Assembly: GCA_964016885.1 (NCBI GenBank)
Contig: OZ024742.1
Coordinates: 102,858,001 to 102,922,000, forward strand
Source of the DNA: Eledone cirrhosa
Taxonomy: Eukaryota
Reading direction: 5' to 3'
DNA: 64,000 nt
Both the position numbers and the translations under genes were made by a program. Numbering within the stretch: position 1 is the first letter of the stretch; the number at the start of each line of letters is the position of its first letter. This document shows positions 24,992 through 38,774 of the stretch, piece after piece. Under the pieces are notes generated by a model. The model worked only from the letters and a program-made list of their open reading frames with translations. It was not told the DNA's origin and searched no databases.

Positions 24992-25485
24992 ATAATATAA
25001 GATCAAAAGATGGTTAAAGGAGTTCCATATATTTTATTATGCGCATTTCAAAAACAAACATCATCATGCAATAATATTTGTGTTTTCATCAGATAAAACA
25101 GGAGAACATGATATGAAGGCTAAAAAACACTTGTGGATAGTGCAGTTTTAAATCAACATATGAAAAGTGGTTTTAGATTGATGTGTGATATTGGGAAAAA
25201 TATTTTATTTAGAGAATATAAGGGCGGTGGATTGGCAGTATCGGTAGAGGGTCGGACGCCATGCTTTCCAGCAAAAATAAAATATTTTTCCCAATATCAC
25301 ACATCAATCTAAAACCACTTTTCATATGTTGATTTAAAACTGCACTATCCACAAGTGTTTTTTAGCCTTCATATCATGTTCTCCTGTTTTATCTGATGAA
25401 AACACAAATATTATTGCATGATGATGTTTGTTTTTGAAATGCGCATAATAAAATATATGGAACTCCTTTAACCATCTTTTGATCT

Positions 25486-25493
<8 letters not shown>
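24992..25493. repeat. Inverted duplication with 219-bp arms (24992-25210 / 25275-25493)
   Basis: arms read as exact reverse complements; 64-bp spacer carries a SINE-B head. Confidence 0.95.
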
Positions 25494-25534
<41 letters not shown>

Positions 25535-25593
25535 TATGTATGTATATATATATATATAGATATGTATGTATATATATATATATATATATATAT

Positions 25594-25783
25594 AATTGTT
25601 TCTACTTTAGGCACAAGGCCAGCAATTACCCAGTGCATTACTGGTACTTTATTTTATCGACCCCGTAAGGATGAAAGGCAAAGCAAACCTCGGCGGGATT
25701 TGAACTCAAATCGTAAAGGGACGTAACTATGCTGGAAAGCATGGCGTCCGACCCTCTACCGATACTGCCAATCCACCGCCCTT
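25594..25783 (-). mobile_element. Full-length young SINE-B in (TA)n
   Basis: near-identical to 58592-58763 and 61372-61566. Confidence 0.92.
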
Positions 25784-25801
25784 ATATATATATATAGAGA
25801 G

Positions 25802-25885
<84 letters not shown>

Positions 25886-25900
25886 GTATAGATATGTATG

Positions 25901-25938
<38 letters not shown>

Positions 25939-25953
25939 TATGTATATATATAG

Positions 25954-25991
<38 letters not shown>

Positions 25992-26371
25992 GTATAGATA
26001 TGTATATATATATATATATAGATAGATATATATAGATATAGATATATATAATGTGTGTTTGTGTATGTATATTAAATAAATAAATATTATACACACATAC
26101 ACACATACATGCAGAGACACACTCACACACCATATATATTTGTTCGAGGAAAACAGAAATTTTCTGACAACATTTAAATTGAAAAATGAAATATTCTCCT
26201 CACATAATTTTATTTGAAAACAAATGCAACATGCATCATAGATGCAACATGCTTGCAACATGCTTGCAACATGCCTCATAATTGGCCGCACCCTTTTTTT
26301 TCTAATCCTATACCCATCTCAGCTAGTTTTAAGCCATGTCCACTTCAGCATTGTTCTGTTGATGTTACTGT

Positions 26372-26441
26372 CTACTACTACCACCATCACCATCACCACC
26401 ACTACCACCATCACTGCTGCCACTACCACCACCACTGCTAT

Positions 26442-26498
<57 letters not shown>
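26372..26498 (+). repeat. (CAC)n/(TAC)n trinucleotide microsatellite
   Basis: direct reading. Confidence 0.95.
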
Positions 26499-26500
<2 letters not shown>

Positions 26501-27154
26501 GGGAAATTTCCAATGCTGTCCCACCAACCAACAAACCCTCTGACATGACTGCAGTTGTACACTGTTGACATATCCTTCAAGCTGCACGCACTCTCTGACA
26601 GTCTTCTGCATTCTTTCCCCACCATTTATCGGTCCAGTAAATCAGAATTGCTTCTGATACTTTAGAACAATAACTCAACTCTTAAGTTTGCTTAGGATCA
26701 ATATTTGTATCAGCTTCTTTTATTCGACGACCGGGGGTTTTTAAGGGTATGCTATGGTTGTACAGGGTTTACACAGTATTATGTCTGTATGATGTCTGCC
26801 CTAAGAATAACATGCATTCTGTATACCGGCTGACATATGGCACACCATGCACCAGATCAGATCTGATATTATTTGGAAGAGGGAGTAGATAGAGTACACA
26901 GTACACACACTGTGTGAGCCCAGTACACTTTTATACAGCTAAACTGTTAGAGGCATTCAGTAGCATCTAACTGTGCTATCTTACTTCTGCTGCATGTATT
27001 GGAGATCCCTCTCATTCCAACCGCAACAACTACTCCAGCTAACTACATACATACACACGCACACAAGCAAATGTATATAATGCAGTACATGCATAGGGTT
27101 CAGCCAGTCAGTCATGTATTTGTATGTATATATGTATATATACACACATACACA

Positions 27155-27239
<85 letters not shown>

Positions 27240-27248
<9 letters not shown>

Positions 27249-27277
27249 CAAACAGATATACATACACAAACAAACAA

Positions 27278-27316
<39 letters not shown>

Positions 27317-27500
27317 CAAACAGATATACATACACAAACAAACAAACACACACATATATATATATATATATACATACAAACAGATATACATACACATACA
27401 AACAAACACACACATATATATATATATATATACATACAAGCAGATATACATACACATACAAACAAACACACACACACATATATATATGGTATACATACAT
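27240..27500 (+). repeat. Higher-order repeat, 4 x ~60-70 bp (catacaaacagatatacatacacaaacaaacaaacacacaca + (TA)n)
   Basis: direct reading. Confidence 0.85.
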
Positions 27501-28015
27501 ATATAGTCTGTTCCATTTATTCTCTCCCTGCTCTTTAAATCAATAATATTCAGGAGTTTGAAATATTAGGGTTTTCAAAATAATGTATTCATTGACTGGG
27601 AGAAATATATATTTTTTGTAGCTATTATTTAAGCATACTTTATTTGTAAAAATATAGATGGAATGGATTTTAATTGTTGGAATGACAGGGCTGGCTTTGA
27701 CTTGACTTAACATAGCTGAACACTTGTAAATGAATTATGATCTGCATAAAGCATCTTTCCAAAAGTGCTGCCAGGATAGTTTCTAACGTTTAAGGTTCAC
27801 AGTATTTCTTTGTTTGACTTTTTAATCTGTCCTTCTCTTCTTTCTTGTCTCCTTTTCCTCCTCTGCCTCCTCTCATCCTCGCTGGCATACTTCAATATAT
27901 CGATTACTGATTTTCCTGGGCAATGGACCATTTGATTTGATATAGTTAACTCCCAACCAGTCTAGCCTATTGTTTGCTGTTGAAGTAGTTTAGTGAATGC
28001 TGCTGGCTAGGCGCA

Positions 28016-28060
<45 letters not shown>

Positions 28061-28374
28061 AAGAGCATGCCTGTGGAAAGGGGGACAGCAAAGTAAATGC
28101 ATAAATAAATAATAATAATGATAACAACAACAACGACAACAACAATAATAATAATATAAATAATAATAATATAAATAAACCAATAATAAATAAATAAATA
28201 ACTAGAAAATGTCAGTTAAATTATCCAACAATAAAAAGGGTTTTGTAAAATGCAAAATAATCTAAAACAGAAATAGAGATGTATATGTGTATATGTATTA
28301 TATTCATATGTATATATATATATAGATATATATATTTATATATATATATATATATATATAAATATATATATATG

Positions 28375-28405
<31 letters not shown>

Positions 28406-28412
28406 GTATATA

Positions 28413-28530
28413 TAATTGTTTCAACTTTAGGCACAAGGCCAGCAATTACCCAGTGCATTACTGGTACTTTATTTTATCGACCCCGTAAGGATGAAAGGCA
28501 AAGTCAACCTCGGCGGGATTTGAACTCAGA
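28413..28530 (-). mobile_element. 5'-truncated SINE-B in (TA)n
   Basis: near-identical core to 25594-25710. Confidence 0.88.
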
Positions 28531-28767
28531 TATATATAATATATATATAATGTGTGTGTGTGTATGTGTGTGTGTGTGTGTAAAATGTTAAGAAATGAAA
28601 ATAATTTACTATTGTTCCAGAGGGCAAAAAAGAAGACAAAATTTATCAATTTGTTGACTAATCGATAGCAGTTATGTAACTCCATACTATTTGCCTCAAA
28701 ATACCACATCCATTCTGCCATATGTATATATCTTAGTCTTCACATTTATTATTATTATATATATATA

Positions 28768-29008
28768 TGGAGGATGACCGCTGGGTAAAGAAGTTCCAAG
28801 AAATGTCAGTAGAAGGAAGACGCAGTAGAGGAAGACCATGAAAAACAGGGGTGGAGATGGTGAGAGCAGACCTCAGATTGTTGAAGCTCACGGAGGAGAA
28901 GACGAAGAACCGTGACAAGTGGATAGATGCTGTGCTGAATAGGACCCGTCCCATCCTTGCAAGCAGGGAAAAGTGGACGTAAAATGATGATGATCATGAT
29001 GATGATGA
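28768..29008 (+). mobile_element. RTE LINE 3' end, subfamily without 3'UTR
   Basis: EDDRWVKKFQEMSVEGRRSRGRP*KT...DAVLNRTRPILASREKWT* runs straight into the stem-loop and (ATG)n. Confidence 0.85.
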
Positions 29009-29013
29009 GGATG

Positions 29014-29059
<46 letters not shown>

Positions 29060-29073
29060 TCCATATATATATA

Positions 29074-29542
29074 TGTAGCGAAATCTGTCCACACCTTGAA
29101 CCCTGGGTGACACACAAAGGTCAAATTCCGAGTCACCTCCTTTCCGGCGTAAACAAGTTCATGCGTGGGTGATCCCTCGAGGCGGGAAATAGAAAACGAC
29201 AGGTATAAATAGCCTGCACCAGACCAAGCAAGGAGAGATCAGAGCAGTACACAAGAGAATAGCTATGCAAAACATTCACCTCTAACTACAGGCCCCTGGG
29301 GTCTACAGACTTCTACAAACCTTTACTCTCTCCTCTCTCTTCTAGTCTACGGACTTCTCACCTTCTCTGGTCACAGACTACACCAGCATCATGAAGTAAC
29401 GTCAAAAACATCTTCAACCGTTATAAATCTTAGTAACCTATTCTTTGTTCATTTATGAAGTGAAGTAAATCTTTTATATCAAAAGTAAACCAGCTATTCG
29501 TGTTATTTCTTGTAATGATAACTACTAACCAACTTCGCTTCA
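29074..29542 (+). mobile_element. Solo LTR (Gypsy-like), 469 bp
   Basis: TG...CA ends with imperfect inverted termini tgtagcgaa / ttcgcttca; internal TATAAATA; flanked by (TA)n; 3' part resembles the LTR at 18700-18822. Confidence 0.75.
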
Positions 29543-29732
29543 TATATATATATGCTAGCGTGGAAGATAGACGTTAAACGATGATGATGATGAGACAACA
29601 AACAGAGATACAAAAAGTCTTAATACTTTTACACTTTATATTGGAAAGAGGAAAGAAAGTTTGACGTGTCAGGCTTAAGCTCTTCTTCAGGAGTACAAAA
29701 TAGAGAAATATATGTATATATATGTATATTTC

Positions 29733-30231
29733 GACCTTACACACTTACACCTCTCTAAGACAATGTCACTGGACCGAGATCTTTGGCGCTACACAGTAAT
29801 ACAGAAGACCCGCCTTGCCTAAGTACAAAGCGAAATCTACAGTCAGTAGGCACCTCTTAATCAAATATACACCCACATCCCACTACCTCAACTCCACAGC
29901 ACCCCCCACCCCCATCTACACCCCCCACCCCCATCTACACCACCCCTTTCTCTGTAAAGTTATGTTGGTACCACAGCATCCAGCCCTAAATAAATGAGGT
30001 CGTGTAGGGCTCACAACAAAAAAACACACAGTCCACGCTGTAATGTGGCCATGTAGGTAACATGGTAAAAACCTCCAAGTCCACACTGTAAACGTGGTTG
30101 GTGTTATGAAGGGCATCCAGCCGTAGAAAACCTGCCAGACAGTCCTATACGAGCGAGACGACCAATCTTGCCTCAAGTGGGACAATTCCCGTCTAAACCT
30201 ATGCTAGCGTGGAAGATAGAAAATGATGATG
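29733..30231 (+). mobile_element. RTE LINE 3' fragment (same subfamily as 23812-24840)
   Basis: collinear ORF end and 3'UTR. Confidence 0.9.
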
Positions 30232-30255
30232 CATATGTATATATATATATATGTA

Positions 30256-30597
30256 TCATCATCATCATTTCATCATTTCATTTTACGTCCGCTTTTTCCC
30301 TGCTTGCAAGGGTGGGATGGGAACTGATGCTGGCTTGATTTCTACAGCTGGATGCCCTTCCTAACACCAACCTCATTTACAGTAAGTGCTGGGTGCTTTT
30401 TTGCCATGGCACCTCCACAAGCACTTTGCAGTGGAATGATATGGACCCCAGTCCCTATCATCTCATTTCTACAGCTGAGTAAACTGGAGCAATGTGAAAT
30501 AAAGTGTCTTGCTCAAGGAAACAACACATCACCCGGTCTGAGAATTGAACTCACAACCTTTCGATTGCAAGGCCAATGCTCTAACCACTAAGCCATG
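30256..30597 (-). mobile_element. SINE family A
   Basis: reverse complement of 15519-15862. Confidence 0.92.
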
Positions 30598-30647
30598 TAT
30601 GTATGTATATATATATATTTATATATATATATATGTTTATATATATC

Positions 30648-30707
<60 letters not shown>

Positions 30708-30716
30708 GTATGTATG

Positions 30717-30787
<71 letters not shown>

Positions 30788-30974
30788 GTATGTATGTATA
30801 TATATATATGTATATATATGTGTGTATGTTACCATAACAGAAGTCCGACGACCTTTTGATTCCAGACTCGGGTCTGATCGATACAGATCGAACCATGAGC
30901 TGATCAATTGCGAAACATGCATCACACTTCAATAAATGTAACACCTCATCCTTTTTTATTATTATTATATAGAA

Positions 30975-31110
30975 TGCGTTCCTTTATGGTCTGAGTTCAA
31001 ATCCCGCCGAGCTTAACTTTGCCTTTCATCCTTACGGGGTCGATAAAATAAAGTACCAGTAATACACTGGAATAATTTTTGGCCTTGTACCAAAAATAGA
31101 AACAATTATT
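30975..31110 (+). mobile_element. 5'-truncated SINE-B
   Basis: B box and core motif. Confidence 0.85.
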
Positions 31111-31375
31111 ATATATAGAATATATAGATATATTTATATGTGTGTGTGGTGTGAATATGCTGTATCTCCTCATGCATAGAATACTACACAAGACACACAT
31201 GTGTGTGTGTGTGTGTGTGTGTCTTGTGTACGCTGTATCTCATCATACATAAAATACTTCCTAGTTTTCACACTGCCGACACCCTATATATCACCACTTC
31301 TGAAATTGAACACTAACCCTGATCCTAATCCACCCATGCTATGATCATATCTACATATATGTATATGTGTGTGTG

Positions 31376-31426
<51 letters not shown>

Positions 31427-31428
31427 CA

Positions 31429-31539
31429 ATTGGTGTTAGGAAGGGCATCCAGCTGTAGAAATCAAGCCAGAATCAGTTCCCGTCCCACCCTTGCAAGCAG
31501 GCAAAAGCGGACGTAAAATGATGATGATGATGATGATGA

Positions 31540-31543
<4 letters not shown>
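31429..31543 (+). mobile_element. 5'-truncated SINE-A (3' 115 bp) in (TA)n
   Basis: matches the SINE-A 3' end. Confidence 0.88.
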
Positions 31544-31579
<36 letters not shown>

Positions 31580-32349
31580 AGGAAGAGGTGTCAAATTTTC
31601 ATTACATTTACAGAGGTGTGACGTACGTTTCTCGATTGATCAGCTCAAGGTTTGATCCGTGTCAATCGGGCCCGACTCTGGAAACAAAAGCTTGTCAGAC
31701 TTCTTTCAGCGTAATGACGGAATGACTGTATGCTGTACGTTGTACAGGAATCATTCTGTCATTCTACTGACTGCACAGGAGAGGTTGTCATGCCCTTAAT
31801 ACAGCTAAGGTTCCTCCCAGCCCTTTGTTTGGCAAGCTTTCCATGGCTGGATGTCCTTCCTATCACCAACCACTTTACAGTGTGTACTGAGTATGTGTAG
31901 GTCACCAAATACTAGAAAGACTGTCATGCCTTAACACAACTGAAGGGTCGTCACAACCCTTTGTTTGGAAAGCTTTCTATGGCTGGATTCCCTTCTTATC
32001 ACCAGCCACTATATATATATATTTATACATAAAGTGTTAAAACGATCAAATTTTAGTTTAGAACATTTATTTGCTGACAATTGTTTCTTCCAGAGGGAAG
32101 TCTGGAATCATTGGAGCATAAGGAATGTCGAAACATGTAACTAAAATCCTAGTCATTTAGAACATTTAGGGTACATTATTGTTATTAGTGTCAAAGGCAT
32201 CATGTGGAGAGTCAGGAGTCAAAAAGATGTTCTGCTTAAAAGAACACAATTACAGGCAGCACTGGCTGGAAGTGTAAGAGGTATAAGTAAAAAGCACAAG
32301 CAAAAAATCACAAGCAATATATATATATACATTTTTCTAATTTTTTCAG

Positions 32350-32471
32350 CTTTGGAAATTTGCAAACAGAGATTAATGGCTCTAGACCTAGCAACCATGC
32401 CCAAACATTTCTTAGACAATGAAAGGACCTTGTATTTATCATCCCTTATTCCATTTGACAATGTGTATATG
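32350..32471 (+). CDS. MSH5: MSH5 exon (SLEICKQRLMALDLATMPKHFLDNERTLYLSSLIPFDNVYM)
   Basis: ttttttcAG| ... |GTaaga; 122 bp, phase 1->0; LEI.KQRL and LSS.IPFD motifs; lies inside ORF-track 32202..32522. Confidence 0.95.
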
Positions 32472-33019
32472 GTAAGAAAGAAAACATTTGATAAGTTAGT
32501 TCAATTTCTTTTACTCTCTTAACCATATTCACTTTAGTTTTGTTGTTGTTTGTATTATGGCCATGTTATGTTGAAAACACTGGTTCTAGTTTACTAAAAT
32601 TAACCTTTTTGTTACCATATTTCTAATGACACTATCCATATATTTGAATGAATTTTGAAATAATCAAGAGTTTGGAAGGATTTAGTCAAATAATGACCTT
32701 TTCATTATTAAGATGATGTTAAGAATACATCTTGAATATAAACTCTTTATTAAATGTTTTCTATCATAAAACTATTGGCAATTTCAGCCAGGTTGGCATC
32801 AAAAGAGTTAAGCAACGTGAATCCTGGTTAGCACCTGGATGTGTGGATGGTTAGAAACCCAGAGAATGGACAGCAGAATTAGTAGAGAATGTTGTAGAAA
32901 ATGCATTGGAGTATTTATTACCATCTATTTGCATTTTAATATCAAATGCTGACCAAGCTCACTTAGACTATGATTCTTCAAAGGTTAATAAAATAAGTAC
33001 CAGGGAATTAGACCTTTAA

Positions 33020-33228
33020 CCCTTTAGCATTTACATTACTCTATATAAACTATTGTATTTTCACAGTAAAGTCTTTACCTCACATGATATTGAATCTACG
33101 AGATTTTGATATTATTTATTTTGAGAACAATACCTTAACGTAATTATGAGCAGCTAGTTACGGCTGGTTTGAATAGAAAAAAGGTGAGAGAATTCTGGCC
33201 AGATACGGCCGGTTTAAATGCTAAAGGG
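33020..33228. mobile_element. piggyBac-like MITE P1
   Basis: TTAA|ccctttagcattta ... taaatgctaaaggg|TTAA. Confidence 0.88.
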
Positions 33229-33502
33229 TTAATAGCAAGAAGGACAGCAGGGATAAAGCAACAAAAATTGACAACACACTGAAATTCTGGTGGTGGTGCA
33301 CTTTAGCTTATTATACAGCAAATTACCTGCTTCTTCTGTGTCATGATTAGGGGTGGATGCCTGCAAAACACGTGACAGCTAATAAACAGGTAGTGTGGTC
33401 AATGTAATCGACTCACACTAGAAGGCGGTACCTGATTATGTTTACACTTCAATTATGTTTACACTAAAAGCTCTAAAAGTATAAAAGAATTATATATATA
33501 TA

Positions 33503-34398
33503 TCATCATCATCATCATCATCATCAACGTTTAACGTCCGTGTTCCACGCTTGCATGGGTTTGGACGGGGGTTTTCCCACTTGAGGCAAGAGTGATTGTC
33601 TTGCTCGCATAGGACTGTCTGGCGGGTTTTCTACAGCTGGATGCCCTTCCTAACACCAACCACATTTACAGTGTGGGGCTGGGAGGTTTTTACCGTGTTG
33701 CCTACACGGCCACATTACAGCGTGGACTGTGTGTTTTTTGTCGTGACACCTACACGATCTCATTTGTGTCGGTCTGGGTGTTGTGGCACCAACATAACTT
33801 TACATTGAAAGGGGCGGTGTGGATGGGGTGGGGGTGGTGGGACGGGGGTGTATATTGTTAGAGATGCCTACTGACTGTAGTAGGTTTTACTTTGTATTTA
33901 GGTAAGGCGGGTTTTCTCTATTACTGAGTACCGCCAAAGGTCTCGGTCCAGTGACATTGTCTTGGAGAGGTGTAAGTGTGTGAGGTCGGAATTTATCAGC
34001 TCGTCCCAGGTTTTTCTGGGTCTGCCTATTCCGTGGCTACCGTCTATCTTTATTGCCCTGCACTTTGTTATACAGCTATCGTCTTTCATGCGCATCACGT
34101 GACCATACCAACGTAGCCTTCTCTCGAGTAAACAACATCTGATCCCTCTTATTTCTAATTTTTTTCCTTAGTTCGTTTATGCTTTGCCGTTCACGTATAT
34201 TACTATTACACATCCAGCGGAGCATGCAAGCTTTGTTCCTCTCTAGTCTGTGTATATCCTCTGCACACAATGCCCAGGTCTCACTGCCATGCAACATTGC
34301 TGTTCGTATGCAGGCATCATACAACCTGCCTTTCATTTTTAGGGGGAACCCTTTAGCGGCTAATAGTGGTATAAGCTCTCTGAACTTTTTCCATCCAG
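33503..34398 (-). mobile_element. RTE LINE 3' fragment
   Basis: ORFs 33898..34098 and 34076..34336 (one frameshift); highly similar to 23812-24840. Confidence 0.93.
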
Positions 34399-34616
34399 TA
34401 GAAGTTCTATTTAAATTGTTGGGCTACAACAAGCAAATATTTTTATAACTGATATGGTCGCATTCTTTAAGGGTATGTCAATATTTATTTATAAAACTGA
34501 TCTATATTATATTTTATCTGATGAAAGCACACCATAATTTAACTTGGTATCCTTGAAATATGTATAATGAAATAAATATGGTTTTATAAATATAGTTTCC
34601 ATTTGTTAATATATCT

Positions 34617-34679
<63 letters not shown>

Positions 34680-34876
34680 TGGGAATTACCAGTTTAGACT
34701 AATAAGACCATGTATGGGAAAGTAAAATGTATCTATAGTGAAAAGTTAGTGCCTGATGATGATCAGGGCAATTTTCACTTGCAAAACAAATTTTATATAT
34801 CTTTCAATTGATAACTTTTGTTATTAGTGAAATGTGCATAAAATTAATAAAATGTCTTAATTCCACCTTTCTTTCA

Positions 34877-34980
<104 letters not shown>

Positions 34981-35913
34981 TAGTTAAGAGAAGATGGATA
35001 AAAGAGAAAACGACTGTATTGGATGTGTTGTCTGGTATGAGGTGAGACCGTAATGTGTATGTGAGCGTGTGAGAGAGACATAAAAAAAGAATCATAAAAC
35101 TTCCTTATTAGGCTTGGGGAGTAAACTGCTGATTAAATTGTAGCATTGGCCTAGGATTTTAACTGTTGTGAAATAACAATAGTCAGTATGATCTTTTTCA
35201 GCACCAAAGGACGTCATCTGAAACACAGCAATATACCGCATAACATTGCTTCTGAAGTGTTGCTTCGTTAGTACAGACTGAAAGTAGTATATGGATAAAA
35301 GCTGGAGGGTAGATTAATTTCAAATAGTATCAATTTTTCTTTGTTCTGTAAAATCAAAGACTGTAAAACGACTTTATAAAAGCTAACGCAATATTGTTAA
35401 ACCTTCCTATAGATCAAAGTATCTATAGTTTAAGCCGATTCTAGACTTTTGTGGGACATCTCTCTTTCTGAATATTTAATACATTAACTGTATCTCTCTC
35501 TGTATAATGGCCTATCTCTCTCTTTCTGCTTCTCCCTCTGTGTCTTTCTCCGTTTAGATGTGTGTGTAAGTATTTGTGTGTGTGTGTGTGTGTGTGGTTT
35601 TTGTGTGATTCAACCAACCAACCAACCAACCAACATCTCTCTTTTATATTATATATAGATATCATCATTTCATCATCATATTTTTACGTTTAGACAGGTT
35701 GCCATGGTCCAAGACCAGACAGGTTGGGAGACCTCATCTTATTCATTACATTTTGTATTTGGCATGGTTTCTATGGCTGGATGACTTTCCTAAAACTAAC
35801 CACCTCACAGTTTGTACTGGATGCATTTTTCATGGAACCAGCACTACCACCTTCCTGAGTGGCATAGCTGCATTTTAGCATAGCACCAGCACTAACATTT
35901 TACAGGGTATACT

Positions 35914-36259
35914 ATCATCATCATCATCATTTCATTTTACGTCCGCTTTTTCCCTGCTTGCAAGGGTGGGACGGGAACTGATTCTGGCTTGATTTCTACA
36001 GCTGGATGCCCTTCCTAACACCAACCTCATTTACAGTGAGTGCTGGGTGCTTTTTTGCTGTGGCACCTCCACAACCACTTTGCAGTGGAATGATACGGAC
36101 CCCAGTCCCTATCATCTCATTTCTACAGCTGAGTAAACTGGAGCAATGTGAAATAAAGTGTCTTGCTCAAGGAAACAACACATCACCCGGTCTGAGAATT
36201 GAACTCACAACCTTTCGATTGCAAGCCCAATGCTATAACCACTAAGCCATGTGCTTCCA
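35914..36259 (-). mobile_element. SINE family A
   Basis: full length, reverse orientation. Confidence 0.92.
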
Positions 36260-36282
36260 CATCCAACCCTTGTATATATATA

Positions 36283-36668
36283 TACTGACACAAGACTGTG
36301 ACATCTGGCGTCACGCAGTAATACAGAAGACCCAATCCCCCCACGGGTACAAGCCGAAGCTGAAGCATATAGACAATATGCCCCCACACCCTCCCACTGC
36401 AAAGTGGTCATGGAGGTGCCACGGCAAAAAAGCACCCAGCACTCACTGTAAAGTGGACATGTAGGCACCACAGAAAAAAAGCACCCATCACTCACTGTAA
36501 ATGAGGTTGGTGTTAGGAAGGGCATCCAGCTGTAGAAATCAAGCCAAATCAGTTCCAGTATGAGCAAGACAAGGTCAGCCGACCGGACACTGCCCACAAC
36601 AGGACAACCCGTCTAACCCATGCTGGTGTGGAAGAACGGACGTAAAACGGTGATGATGATGATGATGA
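36283..36668 (+). mobile_element. RTE LINE 3' end, subfamily whose 3'UTR is shared with SINE-A
   Basis: ORF end TQDCDIWRHAVIQKT; UTR ccactgcaaagtgg...aatcagttcc; tail as in 18051-18170. Confidence 0.85.
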
Positions 36669-36852
36669 TATGTGAAGGCATGTGGCTGAGTGGTTAGAGA
36701 ATTGCTCCTTCTGCTTGGAGTTGCGACCGACAGATAGTATTAGCAATTGGAAAGACCAATGAAAATATTGTTTCCTTGGTCCGATTTGATGAGCCCCACC
36801 CCAATCGTTAAGCGAATGAGGTCTGGGATCTTATTAATTGACTATCGATCGT

Positions 36853-37406
36853 TATCATCATCATCATCATCATCATCAGGTTTAGCGTCCGTGTTCCACG
36901 CTTGCATGGGTTTGGACGGGGGTTTTCCCACTTGAGGCAAGAGTGGTTGTCTTGCTCGCATAGGACTGTCTGGCGGGTTTTCTACAGCTGGATGCCCTTC
37001 CTAACACCAACCACATTTACAGTGTGGGGCTGGGAGGTTTTTACCGTGTTGCCTACACGGCCACATTACAGCGTGGACTGTCTGGCGGGTTTTCTACAGC
37101 TGGATGCCCTTTCTAACACCAACCACATTTACAGTGTGGGGCTGGGAGGTTTTTACCGTGTTGCCTACACGGCCACATTTACAGCGTGGACTGTGTGTTT
37201 TTTTGTCGTGACACCTACACGATCTCATTTGTTTCGGCCTGGATGTTGTGGGACCAACATAACTTTACATTGAAAGGGGCGGTGTGGATGGGGTGGAGGT
37301 GGTGGGACGGGGGGTGATGCCTACTGACTGTAGTAGGTTTTTACTTTGTATTTAGGTAAGGCGGGTCTTCTCTATTACTGAGTACCGCCAAAGGTCTCGG
37401 TCCAGT

Positions 37407-37410
<4 letters not shown>
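36853..37410 (-). mobile_element. RTE 3' fragment with internal 112-bp tandem duplication
   Basis: same diagnostic bases as 33503-33960; unit starts at 36963 and 37075 (ggactgt junction). Confidence 0.88.
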
Positions 37411-37439
<29 letters not shown>

Positions 37440-37603
37440 CGAAGGAAATGTGGTAAGGAACCAGGTGGACCATAACGCACCAAAGTACTCAATACTTGGG
37501 GTAGTAGAGTGGGTAATAGGAACCAGTAAGACCCCGACAGCTGAGTTATATTAGAATTAGCCGTCGAAACGGCTTGAGCTCAGCTGTCGGGGTCTTACTG
37601 GTT

Positions 37604-37648
<45 letters not shown>

Positions 37649-38099
37649 ATCATCATCATCATTTAATGTCCGTTTTCCTTGCTAGCAAGGGTTGGATGTG
37701 GCATCACAGATTGAGTCAGTACTCGAGAAAGCTACTACCTACCAGGGGTCAGCATCTTGCTTACATGCATTCCTACACTTTACTATGTACATTTTATTGT
37801 GGCATCAACACTAGGCAGGTTGTCATGTCTTTGATACAGCTGAATATTATACACACACATGCACACACACACACATACACACATACACTCTCACACACAC
37901 ACACACACATATAGTGAGTTGTTGTTTTTCTGTTTATTAAGAGTGAATTGTAATGGTTTTTCTAGAAACACTTCTGTTCCATGGATGAATGCCTAGAGTT
38001 GAGAAAAGTAGACAACAACTGAGGCAGTTACTCCAACTATCTATGTGCAAATATACAGGGGTGTTTATTGTTTATAGTTTAGAATAATGACACCCATGT

Positions 38100-38687
38100 G
38101 AGTGTGGACAGCCCCTCCCTCTGCACTCACATATGCACAGACAGATGTGCATATGTACATGCACAGAAGCACATGCAAACACACACACACACATTCAGAC
38201 ATATGCGTATACAAAGACTTGCACATGCAAACACTCACACATGCATATATGCCTCACAGAAGCACATATAAACATATATATGCACATGCATATTCAATAT
38301 TCACATACACATAAAGGCACATACAAACACAGACACATCACAAAAGCACATAGAAATATATGCACATGTACACATGTACACATTTACACACACACACTTG
38401 CACACACTTGCACATACACACACTTGCACACGCAAACACTTGTACACACACACTTGCATACACACAAATGCACATGCAGACACACTGACCACACAAAATA
38501 GGCATACACAACAAGCTCAAGTAGACGCACACAAGATGCAACATGCATAGGCACACATGCACAGAGACACACACAGACACACACACACACACAGACACAC
38601 ACACACACACACACAGACACACACACACACACAGACACAGATACACACACACAGACACTCACACACACACACGCACTCACACACACG

Positions 38688-38723
<36 letters not shown>

Positions 38724-38736
38724 CACACACACACAT

Positions 38737-38774
<38 letters not shown>

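Noticed and set aside
27600-27960. Minus-strand basic stretch followed by 'TLNVR', reminiscent of a LINE endonuclease start
   Set aside because: Too degenerate to assign
19535-31200. Many Tyr/Ile/Cys/Val-rich ORFs
   Set aside because: Translations of (TA)n/(TATG)n/(TG)n microsatellites
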